A stretch of DNA of 64,000 bases from Bacteroidales bacterium (GCA_024762655.1 JANTHB010000005.1:403-64402), one strand, 5' to 3'; shown: positions 53,210-62,961, numbered from the stretch's first letter. Program-made: numbers and translations. Notes: generated from the sequence alone by a model not told the origin.

Positions 53210-54592
53210 CTATTTTTTTTCTTCTTTGGCTTTTTCTTCTTTCTCGATCATGTCGAAGAAATCTTTTCGTGCGATTTCTTTTTCATCCAGTTTAATCATG
53301 GTCTTCAGGTAATCAAAGACCTTGTTGTTGAGTACGCCCGATACAAAACGGTTGTAATCTTCTTCTTTTTTAAGTCTTTCTTCGGCATATTGTGCGATCT
53401 GTTCATCGGGAAGATAACCCAGTCCGTATTGTCTGAACTGTTCCCGGGTCACGGCCATGGCATATTCACGCAATTCTTCCTCGGCAACTTTTATCTCGGC
53501 CATTTCTGCGATCTTATCCCGTATCAATTGCCATTTCAAATCGTCCAGGAAGAGATCGAATTCTTTTTCTATCTGTTCGGGGGTGAATTTCTCTTTATTG
53601 GTAGCGATCAGCCATCGCTTCAGAAAGGCCTCGGGCAGCGGCGGGTTGATCAGGGATATCAGTTTCCGGCGTACGTCAGTCTGGTAACGCACGTTGCTTT
53701 CACTATCCAGCTGATGACGAAGCAGGTCGTCGATCTTTTCTATAAATTCTTCGTGTGTTTTCACAACGTCTTTTCCGAAGAGCTTGTCGTAAAACTCCTG
53801 ATTTTCTTCCGCATCCTGAAAACGCCTGATATCTTTTATCTCAAACAGGAAATGCGGTTTAACTTCTTCCAGGTTTTCCTGTTTTATCTTCAGGGCTGCG
53901 GCTCTTTCTTCCTCGCCGGGATAAATATGTTTGATCTCAAGAATGACCTGGTCTCCTTTGTGTTTGCCAAGCAGTGATTTTTTGGTCTCTTCATCCTTGA
54001 TATCCGGCATGTTGATTACGGCTTCTTCGATATGAATGCCGTTTTCCACGGGGTTTCCGTCGGGATCTGTTTCGGTCAGTTTCCCGTCCAGCATGTCCTT
54101 TTCCCCAACTTCATCGACACTCTTCATCTCTCCGAGCTGAGCCAGATAGCTGTTTATGGTTTCTTCCCTGAGCTCATCGTCAATTTTTATCTTGTAGTAA
54201 GGAACTTTGATTTTCTTTGTAAGGTTGATCTCCGGTTCAGGGGACAGTCCCAGATCAACATAAAAGCGGAAAGTGTCCTGTTTTTCCCAGTCAAATTCTT
54301 CTTTTTTCTCCTCATTGGGGAGCGGTTCGCCAAGAATGTCCAGCTTGTTTTCCTGTACATAGCCTGTAATAGCCTCGTTCAGAATTTTGTTGACCTCATC
54401 CACCAAAACGGGGACCCGGTGGAGTTTTTTAATCAGGCCGAAAGGTACTTTTCCCGGGCGGAAGCCGTCCATAACGGCTTTTTTTCTGTAGTCTCTCAAT
54501 ATTTTATCCACCCTTTCTTCATAATCCTCCGGGGTGATCTCCACTGCCAGCGTGATATTCAGATCATCTACTTGTTCCTGCGTAATGTTCAT
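53210..54592 (-). CDS. tig: Trigger factor
   Basis: An N-terminal ribosome-binding region with GFRPGKVP. ~460 aa, acidic, with the usual tig-clpP-clpX synteny. Confidence 0.85.
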   Translation of the reverse strand: MNITQEQVDDLNITLAVEITPEDYEERVDKILRDYRKKAVMDGFRPGKVPFGLIKKLHRVPVLVDEVNKILNEAITGYVQENKLDILGEPLPNEEKKEEFDWEKQDTFRFYVDLGLSPEPEINLTKKIKVPYYKIKIDDELREETINSYLAQLGEMKSVDEVGEKDMLDGKLTETDPDGNPVENGIHIEEAVINMPDIKDEETKKSLLGKHKGDQVILEIKHIYPGEEERAAALKIKQENLEEVKPHFLFEIKDIRRFQDAEENQEFYDKLFGKDVVKTHEEFIEKIDDLLRHQLDSESNVRYQTDVRRKLISLINPPLPEAFLKRWLIATNKEKFTPEQIEKEFDLFLDDLKWQLIRDKIAEMAEIKVAEEELREYAMAVTREQFRQYGLGYLPDEQIAQYAEERLKKEEDYNRFVSGVLNNKVFDYLKTMIKLDEKEIARKDFFDMIEKEEKAKEEKK

Positions 54593-54612
54593 CTTATAAT
54601 CGTTAAATTGTT

Positions 54613-54634
54613 AAAAAAACCGCTTTTAAGCGGC
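54613..54634 (-). terminator. Intrinsic terminator after tRNA-Leu
   Basis: The minus strand reads CAGCCGCTTAAAAGCGG followed by TTTTTTT. It ends 20 nt before the tig ATG. Confidence 0.55.
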
Positions 54635-54647
54635 TGTATTGTTTTTG

Positions 54648-54729
54648 TGCGGATGAAGGGACTCGAACCCCCACGCCCGAAGGCACCAGATCCTAAGTCT
54701 GACGCGTCTACCAATTCCGCCACATCCGC
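54648..54729 (-). tRNA. tRNA-Leu (anticodon UAG)
   Basis: The minus strand reads GCGGATGTGGCGGAATTGGTAGACGCGTCAGACTTAGGATCTGGTGCCTTCGGGCGTGGGGGTTCGAGTCCCTTCATCCGCA. It has a 7-bp acceptor stem, anticodon loop CTTAGGA, a long variable arm and a GGTTCGAGTCC T-loop. CCA is not encoded. Confidence 0.9.
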
Positions 54730-54740
54730 AAAATTTTCCG

Positions 54741-54748
54741 CAAAGATA
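54741..54748 (-). promoter_or_regulatory. -7 promoter box TATCTTTG for tRNA-Leu
   Basis: Exact TAnnTTTG match on the minus strand, 12 nt upstream of the tRNA 5' end. Confidence 0.55.
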
Positions 54749-54862
54749 GGAATTTTTTCCCACCTGAAAATTAAAAGAAAAATATACCCGGGTTATTCGT
54801 ATAATAATCTCCGAACAACTATTTTTTTTAACTTTAGCAGGTAAACGAAAAAACCAGGAAAG

Positions 54863-55756
54863 ATGAAAAGAGGAAAATGTTTTTTTATTCTGGCCGGTCT
54901 GATTGTTTTATATACAACAGGTTGTCAGAACCCGGCGGCCAAAAAGGAAAGGGAAGCGGGGAAAAAGGTGTATATCAACGGCGACAAACTTGAAAAAATA
55001 TGGGTAACGCAACCTGCATTGCTTACCCCCGAGAGCGTATTGTACGATGCGCAGCGTAACATGATCTATGTTTCCAATATCAACGGAAAGCCTTCTGAAA
55101 AAGACGGGAACGGTTTTATCTCTTTGATAAATTCCGAAGGGAAGGTGGTTGAGAAGAAGTGGGTGGCCGGTCTGGATGCTCCCAAGGGGCTTGGCATCCG
55201 GGGGGATACGTTGTATGTGTCGGATATACAGTCGTTGGTTGAGATCAGTATTCCGGAGCGAAAAATCCTGAATCGTTATACGGATTCACTCGCTGTCTTC
55301 CTGAATGATGTAGCCGTAGATCCTGCAGGAAACGTTTATGTATCGGATATGGGCGGATCGGCTGTTTATCGCCTGCATAACGGGGTTTTTGAAAAATGGG
55401 TCCGGGACAAGCGATTAAAAGGGCCGAACGGCTTATATATTGAAGGCGGCCGGTTGCTGGCAGGATTGAAGGACCGGATTGTGAGCATCGACCTGCAAAG
55501 CGGGAAAATAAGTGATTACATCCTCCATACCGGGAGCATTGACGGATTGGAAAGCGACGGTCACGGAATTTATGTGATCAGCGACTGGGCAGGACATGTT
55601 TACCTGGCTGCTCCGGGAAAAAAGAAGATCCTTTTACTGGATACCACACCCATCAGGATGCAGGCGGCCGATATTGATTTCGTCAAGACGTCCGGTATGC
55701 TCCTGGTGCCCACTTTTGGGAACAACCGTGTGGTAGCTTACAGATATAAATATTAA
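54863..55756 (+). CDS. Lipoprotein, beta-propeller (SMP-30/gluconolactonase/LRE-like) candidate
   Basis: Lipobox (LYTTGCQN). Repeated ..G..YVSD.. / GPNGLYIEGGRLL blades. The family assignment is tentative. Confidence 0.45.
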   Translation: MKRGKCFFILAGLIVLYTTGCQNPAAKKEREAGKKVYINGDKLEKIWVTQPALLTPESVLYDAQRNMIYVSNINGKPSEKDGNGFISLINSEGKVVEKKWVAGLDAPKGLGIRGDTLYVSDIQSLVEISIPERKILNRYTDSLAVFLNDVAVDPAGNVYVSDMGGSAVYRLHNGVFEKWVRDKRLKGPNGLYIEGGRLLAGLKDRIVSIDLQSGKISDYILHTGSIDGLESDGHGIYVISDWAGHVYLAAPGKKKILLLDTTPIRMQAADIDFVKTSGMLLVPTFGNNRVVAYRYKY

Positions 55757-55760
55757 TGAT
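55753..55760. repeat. Target-site duplication TTAATGAT, left copy (contains the stop codon of the upstream gene)
   Basis: Identical to 56029-56036 on the other side of MITE copy B. Confidence 0.75.
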
Positions 55761-56028
55761 TAAAGTTTCGCACATTCTGCTATTTGATTAAGAGTGATTT
55801 TATCAAACAAAGTGCCAATTTAATATTTCATTGATTATCTTTGTTTTGCAGATTCCTTTTGTTATTAACACCAACTTGGCGCAACTTTGCGTTTTCTCTG
55901 CGTAACTTCGCGTAACAGCTATTCCGCCAAGATTCGCAAAGAAGTCGCGAAGAACCGCAAAGCTTTATATTGTACTAACATAATATATTCCAAACAAATA
56001 AATTTTTTAATCCAGTACGAAGCTTTAG
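55761..56028 (-). mobile_element. 268-bp MITE-like element, copy B (inverted relative to copy A)
   Basis: The reverse complement aligns end-to-end with 39813-40080, with an identical 70-nt core at 55872-55941. The ends are TAAAGTTTCGCAC and GTACGAAGCTTTAG, and the element is flanked by a perfect 8-bp direct repeat. Confidence 0.8.
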
Positions 56029-56036
56029 TTAATGAT
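56029..56036. repeat. Target-site duplication TTAATGAT, right copy
   Basis: Identical to 55753-55760. Confidence 0.75.
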
Positions 56037-56059
56037 CGTTTTTGTCTTAAGGACAGGGA

Positions 56060-56443
56060 TTATTTTATGAAGGGGAGTGTCAGAGGATACGTCCACAGCT
56101 CTCCATTAGCGGCCTTAATGGCTCCGATAACGGGAAAGATTATCATCAGCAAACCCAGGGCAATCAGCAGGGGTATGCCAATAAGAACCAACGTAAACAG
56201 ACCCGCTATCATTCCATAGATCAGGGCGCTGATCAGCCAATTGATGATCATTTTTCCGTGCCGGTCCACCTCCGGAAATTTTTCATTGTTTGTCAGCCAC
56301 ATGATCAAAGGCATCACCAGCCCTGCAAAGGGAACAATGACTCCGGCAAATTGGCTTAGGTGCATTAGCATAAGATAATTGTTCATTTCCATGCCCCAGG
56401 GTTTTTCCGCGGGGTTTGTGGGTGTGTCGTCAAGTATTTCCAT
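56060..56443 (-). CDS. DUF4870-like small membrane protein
   Basis: 127 aa, three or four TM helices, with the pattern HLSQFAG...P..G...PLI.W......F...HGK...N. typical of this family as I recall it. Confidence 0.55.
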   Translation of the reverse strand: MEILDDTPTNPAEKPWGMEMNNYLMLMHLSQFAGVIVPFAGLVMPLIMWLTNNEKFPEVDRHGKMIINWLISALIYGMIAGLFTLVLIGIPLLIALGLLMIIFPVIGAIKAANGELWTYPLTLPFIK

Positions 56444-56454
56444 AAAAATAAATC

Positions 56455-57180
56455 TTATCTTCTCAGTTCAAAGTTTTTTCCTAAATACACCCTCCGCACA
56501 TGTTCGTCTTCGGCCAGTTCTTCACTGGTGCCCGATTTCATGATCTTTCCCTCATACAGCAGGTAGGCCCTGTTGGTGATCGAGAGGGTTTCATGTACGT
56601 TGTGGTCGGTGATAAGAATGCCGATGTTTTTATCTTTCAGGTGGGCTACGATCTCCTGGATATCTTCCACGGCAATGGGGTCCACACCGGCAAAGGGTTC
56701 ATCCAGCAGGATAAAACGGGGTTTGAGGGCCAGGGCACGGGCAATCTCCGTACGTCTGCGTTCGCCACCAGAAAGCTGATTCCCTTTGTTTTTACGTATT
56801 TTTTCCAGGCCAAATTCGGCAATCAGCGATTCCAGCCTCTCGTATTGTTCGGGACGGGGAATGTCTGACATCTCCAGTACCGCAAGGATATTGTCCTCGA
56901 CACTCAGTCCGCGGAAGACAGAAGCTTCCTGGGCCAGATAGCCGATGCCACGGCGGGCTCTTTTGTACACCGGCAGGTTCGTAATGTCTTCCTCATCCAG
57001 ATAGATCTTTCCCATCAGTGGCCTGATTAATCCCACGATCATATAAAAGGTGGTCGTCTTCCCGGCACCGTTGGGTCCGAGCAATCCTACAATCTCGCCT
57101 TGTTCAACTTCTATGGAAACATGGTCGACAACCGTACGCTTCCGGTATTTTTTGACAAGATTGTGGGTTCTGAGCTTCAT
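56455..57180 (-). CDS. lptB: LPS export ABC transporter ATP-binding protein
   Basis: [32 protein letters not shown]. 241 aa with the LptB-type C-terminus. Confidence 0.85.
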   Translation of the reverse strand: MKLRTHNLVKKYRKRTVVDHVSIEVEQGEIVGLLGPNGAGKTTTFYMIVGLIRPLMGKIYLDEEDITNLPVYKRARRGIGYLAQEASVFRGLSVEDNILAVLEMSDIPRPEQYERLESLIAEFGLEKIRKNKGNQLSGGERRRTEIARALALKPRFILLDEPFAGVDPIAVEDIQEIVAHLKDKNIGILITDHNVHETLSITNRAYLLYEGKIMKSGTSEELAEDEHVRRVYLGKNFELRR

Positions 57181-57235
57181 GCTAATTATGCCTTTGTTTT
57201 AGAAACGAATATACGAAGAATTCATTGTGAGAGGT

Positions 57236-58285
57236 CTATTCGGGTTTTTCCGGTTGATCATCCCCTTCATCCGCTTCAGGCTTGTCAGGAGTTTTTCCTT
57301 CACCGGTTTGTTCGGCACCGCCGGTGGATTCTTCTTCCGGGGTAGATTCTTCTCCGGTTTGTTCGGTTTCCGGAGGTGTTTCCCCGGCGGCATCTTCCTG
57401 ATCCTGAACCGATGCTTCAGACTCCTCTTGTGTGCTTTCGGATTTGCCGTAGCCCTTTTCTTCAAAAGCGGCATCTTGTTGCCGTTTTATCTTTTTGGAG
57501 ATTAAAATACTTGCTTCATAGAGGATTACCAACGGAATAAAAACCAAAATCTGGCTGAAGATATCGGGCGGAGTAATGATGGCGGCAAGGATAAGAATAA
57601 TGACATAAGCATGCCTGCGATACCTTTTCAGGAAAGCAGGGGTCACCAGACCTGCTTTGGTAAGGAAATAAACCAGTACAGGCAACTCAAAAGTAATGCC
57701 ACCGGCCAGGGCTACCGTAGTCACGGTGGAAATATAGGAACGCAGGTTGATACGGTTGATGATCTGACCACTAACCGAGTAAGAACCCAGAAAATTTATG
57801 GACAGGGGTGCAATGATGTAATATCCGAAAAGAATACCCAGAAAAAATAACAGCGAACTGTAAAATACCGATCCGCGTGCATATTTTCTTTCATTCTCAT
57901 ACAAAGCCGGCTTCATAAATTTCCAGAATTCAAAGAAAACATAGGGAAAGCCTACGATCAGTCCTGCGATGAGAGAGACCATAATGTGCGTGGTAAACTG
58001 TCCGGCCATGTTGATGTTTATGATCTCCAGCGGTTTGGAGTTGATACACAGTTTTGCCACATGAACAAGGTCTCCCAGACGGCATAACAACCGGTTGGTT
58101 AAGAAGTCCGGGCTTTTAGGGGCCAGAATGATATTGTCGAAAATGAAGTTGTGAAAGACAAAAGCAACAATGGCCATAAGGAAAACCACCACTGTCGAGC
58201 GGATCAGATGCCACCGCAATTCTTCCAGATGCTCCAGGAAAGACATCTCATCCGCTTTTTTTCTTCTTCTTTTCTTCTTCGCCAT
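57236..58285 (-). CDS. tatC: Twin-arginine translocase subunit TatC with an 82-aa acidic C-terminal tail
   Basis: SFLEHLEELR N-terminus and six TM helices, then an E/T/G/P-rich tail. Confidence 0.85.
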   Translation of the reverse strand: MAKKKRRRKKADEMSFLEHLEELRWHLIRSTVVVFLMAIVAFVFHNFIFDNIILAPKSPDFLTNRLLCRLGDLVHVAKLCINSKPLEIININMAGQFTTHIMVSLIAGLIVGFPYVFFEFWKFMKPALYENERKYARGSVFYSSLLFFLGILFGYYIIAPLSINFLGSYSVSGQIINRINLRSYISTVTTVALAGGITFELPVLVYFLTKAGLVTPAFLKRYRRHAYVIILILAAIITPPDIFSQILVFIPLVILYEASILISKKIKRQQDAAFEEKGYGKSESTQEESEASVQDQEDAAGETPPETEQTGEESTPEEESTGGAEQTGEGKTPDKPEADEGDDQPEKPE

Positions 58286-58454
58286 GATCTGTTATGAATT
58301 CAATAATAACGTGTGTTCGCAAAAAATTTTGTGCCGGTTGGTCCGAAAAGTTTCAGGATACAAATAAAATAAACTTATCAGAGAAAAGTTTTATTTATGA
58401 AAAAATAATTGTATATTAGTAAACATTGAAAAATGCTGTCAATGATAAATTTAT

Positions 58455-58462
58455 TATTTTTG
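58455..58462 (+). promoter_or_regulatory. -7 promoter box TATTTTTG upstream of recQ
   Basis: Exact TAnnTTTG match 37 nt upstream of the ATG at 58499. Confidence 0.5.
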
Positions 58463-58498
58463 CAGACTTTTTAAAAAATTGGAGAATTTTTGTCAGAG

Positions 58499-60691
58499 AT
58501 GAGTGTAAGTACGGATATTTCGTTAGCGGGGTACCTTAAGAAGTATTTTGGTTTTGATACCTTTAAGGGGAACCAGGAAGTAATCATCAGGAATTTACTG
58601 GATGGGGAAGATACTTTTGTTTTAATGCCCACGGGGGGTGGAAAATCGTTGTGTTACCAATTGCCGTCCCTTATCCTGCCGGGCACGGCCATCGTGATAT
58701 CTCCCTTGATTGCGTTAATGAAAAACCAGGTAGATGCCATGCGCAACTTTGTGAGTACGGATGACGGCATTGCGCATTTTTTGAATTCCTCCCTTTCCAA
58801 AGCGGCCATTCAGCAGGTGAAAAAAGATGTGACAGAGCAAAGGACCAAGTTGTTGTATGTAGCTCCCGAATCCCTGACCAAAGAGGAAAATATTGAGTTT
58901 TTAAAACAGATCAATATTTCGTTCTTCGCCATTGACGAAGCGCACTGTATCTCCGAATGGGGCCATGATTTCAGACCTGAATACAGGCGCATCCGGCCGA
59001 TTGTCGACAAAATCGGGCGGGCGCCGATCATTGCACTGACGGCGACAGCCACTCCCAAGGTTCAGCATGATATCCTTAAAAATCTGGGGATGCCGGATGC
59101 CAGTGTTTTCAAGTCTTCTTTTAACAGGCCCAATCTCTACTATGAGGTACGGCCCAAAGTGAATGCCACCAGAGAAATCATTAAATATATCAAAGCAAAC
59201 CCCGGGAAATCGGGGATTATTTATTGTCTTAGCCGCAAGAAAGTGGAAGAGCTGGCAGAGACCCTGCAGGTTAACGGGATCAAGGCATTGGCTTATCATG
59301 CCGGCATGGATTCGGCAACGCGATCGGAGAATCAGGATAAGTTCCTGATGGAAGATGTGGATGTCATTGTTGCCACCATAGCCTTCGGGATGGGGATTGA
59401 TAAACCCGATGTGCGGTTTGTTATCCATTACGATATCCCCAAAAGCCTGGAAGGATATTATCAGGAAACCGGCAGGGCGGGTCGTGACGGTGGCGAAGGA
59501 CGGTGTATCGCTTTTTACAGCTACAAGGACATCCAGAAACTGGAAAAGTTTATGCAGGGCAAACCGGTAGCGGAGCAGGAGATAGGAAAACAACTGCTGC
59601 TGGAAACCACCGCCTACGCCGAGTCGGCTGTGTGCCGCCGGAAAATGCTGTTGCATTACTTTGGGGAGGATTATGCGGAGGAGAACTGTGGCACCTGTGA
59701 CAACTGTACCCACCCGAAGAAACAATTTGAAGGGAAAGACTATGTGGTAAAAGCGCTGAAAGTGATCCTGGCCGTGCACGAAAAGTTCAAGGCCGAGCAT
59801 GTGGCCCAGGTACTCAGCGGTCATGCTACCTCCGGAGTGAAATCCTATAAACATCACCTGCTTGAGGTCTTTGGCCTGGGGAAAGAAAAAGATGAGAAAT
59901 TCTGGGCCGCCGTGCTGAGACAGATGCTGGTGCATTATCTTATCGAAAAAGAAATAGAAAACTATGGGCTGCTGAAGGTGACCCCCAAAGGGCATGCCTT
60001 TATTGAAAAACCCTATTCGTTCATGATGGTGGAGAATCATGATTACGAATCTTTGGATGAGGATAATGCTGCCGCCTCAGGGAGGACGGCTGCTGTGGAT
60101 GAAGAACTTCTCAGTATCCTGAAAGATCTGCGCAGAGAGATTGCCCGGAAGAAAAACCTGCCCCCTTTTGTTATCTTCCAGGATCCTTCGCTTGAAGATA
60201 TGGCCATACAATATCCGGTATCTCTTGAAGAGCTTAATAATATCACCGGTGTCGGACAGGGGAAGGCCTTACGCTACGGCAAAGAGTTCGTGGAGGTGAT
60301 TAAAAAATATGTGGAAGAAAAAGAGATCATCAGACCGGCTGAGATGGTGGTGAAATCGGTGGTCAATAAATCGGGGCTGAAAGTTTATATTATCCAGAGC
60401 ATCGACCGTAAGATATCCCTTGAAGACATCGCTAATTCCAAGAATATCGGGATGAATGAGTTACTGGATGAGATCGAGTCTATCGTTCACTCGGGAACCC
60501 GGTTGAATCTGGATTATTACATCGATCAGGTGATGGACGAAGATCATCAGCAGGAAGTTTTTGACTATTTCAGGGAAGATGCTGAGGATGAGTCTGTCCA
60601 GGCTGCGCTGGAGGAGCTGGGAGAAGATGAATACAGCGAAGAAGATATCCGGCTGATGCGGATCAAGTTCTTCTCCGAGATGGGAAATTGA
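58499..60691 (+). CDS. recQ: ATP-dependent DNA helicase RecQ
   Basis: FGFDTFKGNQEVI, MPTGGGKSLCYQLP, DEAHCISEWGHDFRP, TIAFGMGIDKPDVRFV, a zinc-binding CRR..LL.YFGE..C..CDNC, and a C-terminal HRDC. Confidence 0.9.
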   Translation: MSVSTDISLAGYLKKYFGFDTFKGNQEVIIRNLLDGEDTFVLMPTGGGKSLCYQLPSLILPGTAIVISPLIALMKNQVDAMRNFVSTDDGIAHFLNSSLSKAAIQQVKKDVTEQRTKLLYVAPESLTKEENIEFLKQINISFFAIDEAHCISEWGHDFRPEYRRIRPIVDKIGRAPIIALTATATPKVQHDILKNLGMPDASVFKSSFNRPNLYYEVRPKVNATREIIKYIKANPGKSGIIYCLSRKKVEELAETLQVNGIKALAYHAGMDSATRSENQDKFLMEDVDVIVATIAFGMGIDKPDVRFVIHYDIPKSLEGYYQETGRAGRDGGEGRCIAFYSYKDIQKLEKFMQGKPVAEQEIGKQLLLETTAYAESAVCRRKMLLHYFGEDYAEENCGTCDNCTHPKKQFEGKDYVVKALKVILAVHEKFKAEHVAQVLSGHATSGVKSYKHHLLEVFGLGKEKDEKFWAAVLRQMLVHYLIEKEIENYGLLKVTPKGHAFIEKPYSFMMVENHDYESLDEDNAAASGRTAAVDEELLSILKDLRREIARKKNLPPFVIFQDPSLEDMAIQYPVSLEELNNITGVGQGKALRYGKEFVEVIKKYVEEKEIIRPAEMVVKSVVNKSGLKVYIIQSIDRKISLEDIANSKNIGMNELLDEIESIVHSGTRLNLDYYIDQVMDEDHQQEVFDYFREDAEDESVQAALEELGEDEYSEEDIRLMRIKFFSEMGN

Positions 60692-60766
60692 TTTTTTTTT
60701 CGTCCTTGCCTGCAATGTTTTTCCTGTTTTATCGTCTGTTTAATACACACACCTTAATATCATCGT

Positions 60767-61669
60767 ATGTCTGTAATTTTATCGGTACGGGATCTGACCC
60801 GCTATTATGGCAGGATCAGGGCCGTTGACGGGATTTCCTTTGAGGTGCCTTCAGGGTCGGTGTACGGTCTGCTGGGGCCTAACGGCAGCGGTAAGACAAC
60901 CTCCCTCTCCATGATCATGGGTTCGGTGATCCCCCAATCCGGCACGTTTCAATGGTTTGGCAATGATAAGTACACCCCTCATGATAATATGAGAATAGGA
61001 GCGCTGGTGGAAGCCCCGCGTTTTTATCCGTATCTCACGCTGGAGCAGAATCTGTTGATTCTGGCCAGGATCAAAGGCGTTGCTCCGGAAGATATTCGGC
61101 GGGTGCTGGAGATAACGCAATTATGGCCGCGGCGTTTATCCCGTTATTTCACCCTCTCGCTGGGCATGAAACAACGTCTGGGCATTGCCGCAGCGTTGCT
61201 CGGAGACCCGGAGGTGCTGGTGCTGGACGAACCGGCCAACGCCCTCGACCCGGAAGGGATCGCCGATATACGGCATATCATACAGGAAGAAGCCTCAAAA
61301 GGGAAAACCATCCTTATGGCCAGCCATATTCTGGATGAGGTCGAGAAAGTATGTTCCCACGCAGCCATACTCAAAAAAGGCAAGATCATTGCCGACGGCC
61401 CGGTAGGGGAGCTGCTTTCGGAAGGCGATTCCCTGGTGGTGGAAGCTTTTGAAACGGAAAAACTTTTTAAAGTGCTTGAAGAAAGCCCGATGGTCACTTC
61501 CGTACGCCGGGAAAATAACACGCTGGTGCTTGTCCTGAAAAAAGATGTATCCCCGGCAGACATTAACCAACTTGCTTACAGCCGGGGCATCGTGCTGACA
61601 CGGCTGGAAAAAAGAAAAAAATCTCTCGAGACACAATTCCTGGAACTGGTGAAAGAGGAAAAAGGGTAA
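60767..61669 (+). CDS. ABC transporter ATP-binding protein (ABC-2 exporter type)
   Basis: GLLGPNGSGKTT, LSLGMKQRL, LVLDEPANALDP. Confidence 0.85.
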   Translation: MSVILSVRDLTRYYGRIRAVDGISFEVPSGSVYGLLGPNGSGKTTSLSMIMGSVIPQSGTFQWFGNDKYTPHDNMRIGALVEAPRFYPYLTLEQNLLILARIKGVAPEDIRRVLEITQLWPRRLSRYFTLSLGMKQRLGIAAALLGDPEVLVLDEPANALDPEGIADIRHIIQEEASKGKTILMASHILDEVEKVCSHAAILKKGKIIADGPVGELLSEGDSLVVEAFETEKLFKVLEESPMVTSVRRENNTLVLVLKKDVSPADINQLAYSRGIVLTRLEKRKKSLETQFLELVKEEKG

Positions 61670-61749
61670 GGAGCCGCCAGGAAATTTAACGGGAAAATGC
61701 ATCCCTATACATAGAATAAAGAAATCATACGGAACTTAAATAGCAGGAA

Positions 61750-62580
61750 ATGAAAAAATTGTTACAGATCGAATGGATCAAGGCGAAGGACTATTCCTCC
61801 TTCCGGTTGTTTGTGTTGATGCATTTTATTTTGTTTCTCCTCGTCCTTTTTATTGGCAGTCGCATTGATATCTCCATTCCCGGTTTCAGTGTTCGCAAAG
61901 TGTATCAGTTTCCCTATGTATGGGAATCCTTCTCATGGCTGGCGGGAACGGGCTTTTTCAATCTTTTGCTGGCGATCCCCGTGCTTGTGCTCACGGGAAA
62001 CGAATATGCCTTTCAGACCAACCGGACACAATTGTATGCCGGTCTGGGGCGGAATGAATTGTTTTCCGGTAAGCTGATCCTGATAGGGGTGCTGGCGTTA
62101 TATGGTTTTCTGCTGGTGTTGGTTTCCTCGTTGGTATCGGGTTTTATATTTACGGGCGATCTTTCTTTTCCGGTCGTCTTTGACGGCGTCTGGAGAGATC
62201 TTCTCTATTTTCTGAAGGCAGTGGCGGTTATGCTGTTTGCTTATCTTATCTCTGTCACCTTCCGTAACAATGCCTTGTCCATTGTAATGTTTTTGTTGTA
62301 CTTTATTATGATAGAACCCATCATCCGGCGATTTTTTCCGGCGGATGCCCGTTTATGGTTTCCGGCGCGTGTGATCGGTCATTTGACCCCGTTGCCTGAA
62401 TTTCTTTCTATTACGTCGGCGAAGGCCGGCAGCAGCCCGGGAGACCAAAACCTCACCTTTGAGGCCATGGGCCTGGCGGGTAAGAACCTGTCGTTATGGG
62501 TGAATACGCTGATGGCCACGCTCTATGCGCTGGTTTTCGGGTTCCTCACATGGTGGCAGATTAGGAAAAAAGACCTGTAA
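61750..62580 (+). CDS. ABC-2 type transporter permease
   Basis: 276 aa, six TM helices, immediately downstream of the ATPase. Confidence 0.7.
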   Translation: MKKLLQIEWIKAKDYSSFRLFVLMHFILFLLVLFIGSRIDISIPGFSVRKVYQFPYVWESFSWLAGTGFFNLLLAIPVLVLTGNEYAFQTNRTQLYAGLGRNELFSGKLILIGVLALYGFLLVLVSSLVSGFIFTGDLSFPVVFDGVWRDLLYFLKAVAVMLFAYLISVTFRNNALSIVMFLLYFIMIEPIIRRFFPADARLWFPARVIGHLTPLPEFLSITSAKAGSSPGDQNLTFEAMGLAGKNLSLWVNTLMATLYALVFGFLTWWQIRKKDL

Positions 62581-62961
62581 AGGCAGGAAGGAGATCTTGA
62601 GGTTTTAAAATGTATGATATTTTACGCAGAAAAGTGAAAAACAAACATGTGCGCAGTTTGCTGAAGCTTGCAGGCGTTACGGGCTACGGCGGCAGTCTTC
62701 CCATGGAAGAGATTGCCGAACCGGGTTGGAAGGATGAGAAGAGGTAGGGGGCAGGGCTATCTATAGATCATAAGTGTCTGATAATCAAATTGAAAATGTC
62801 AGCAATAACAACATGTATTTTAAGTAAGAGTCAACAAGGTATTGATGGGAATAAAAAATAAATCATTAAATATTTTATAAAATTAGTAGTATAACTACCT
62901 ATATAACAAAATATTTAAAGAAAAATAGTGGCGTAAATTTTGTAATTCATTAAATATGTTC

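Noticed and set aside
62610-62747. 45-codon ATG ORF (MYDILRRKVKNKHVRSLLKLAGVTGYGGSLPMEEIAEPGWKDEKR) downstream of the ABC-2 permease.
   Set aside because: It is below any length where I can judge coding potential, and it has no promoter box or recognisable motif. It could be a real small protein or a gene fragment, but is not supportable from sequence alone.
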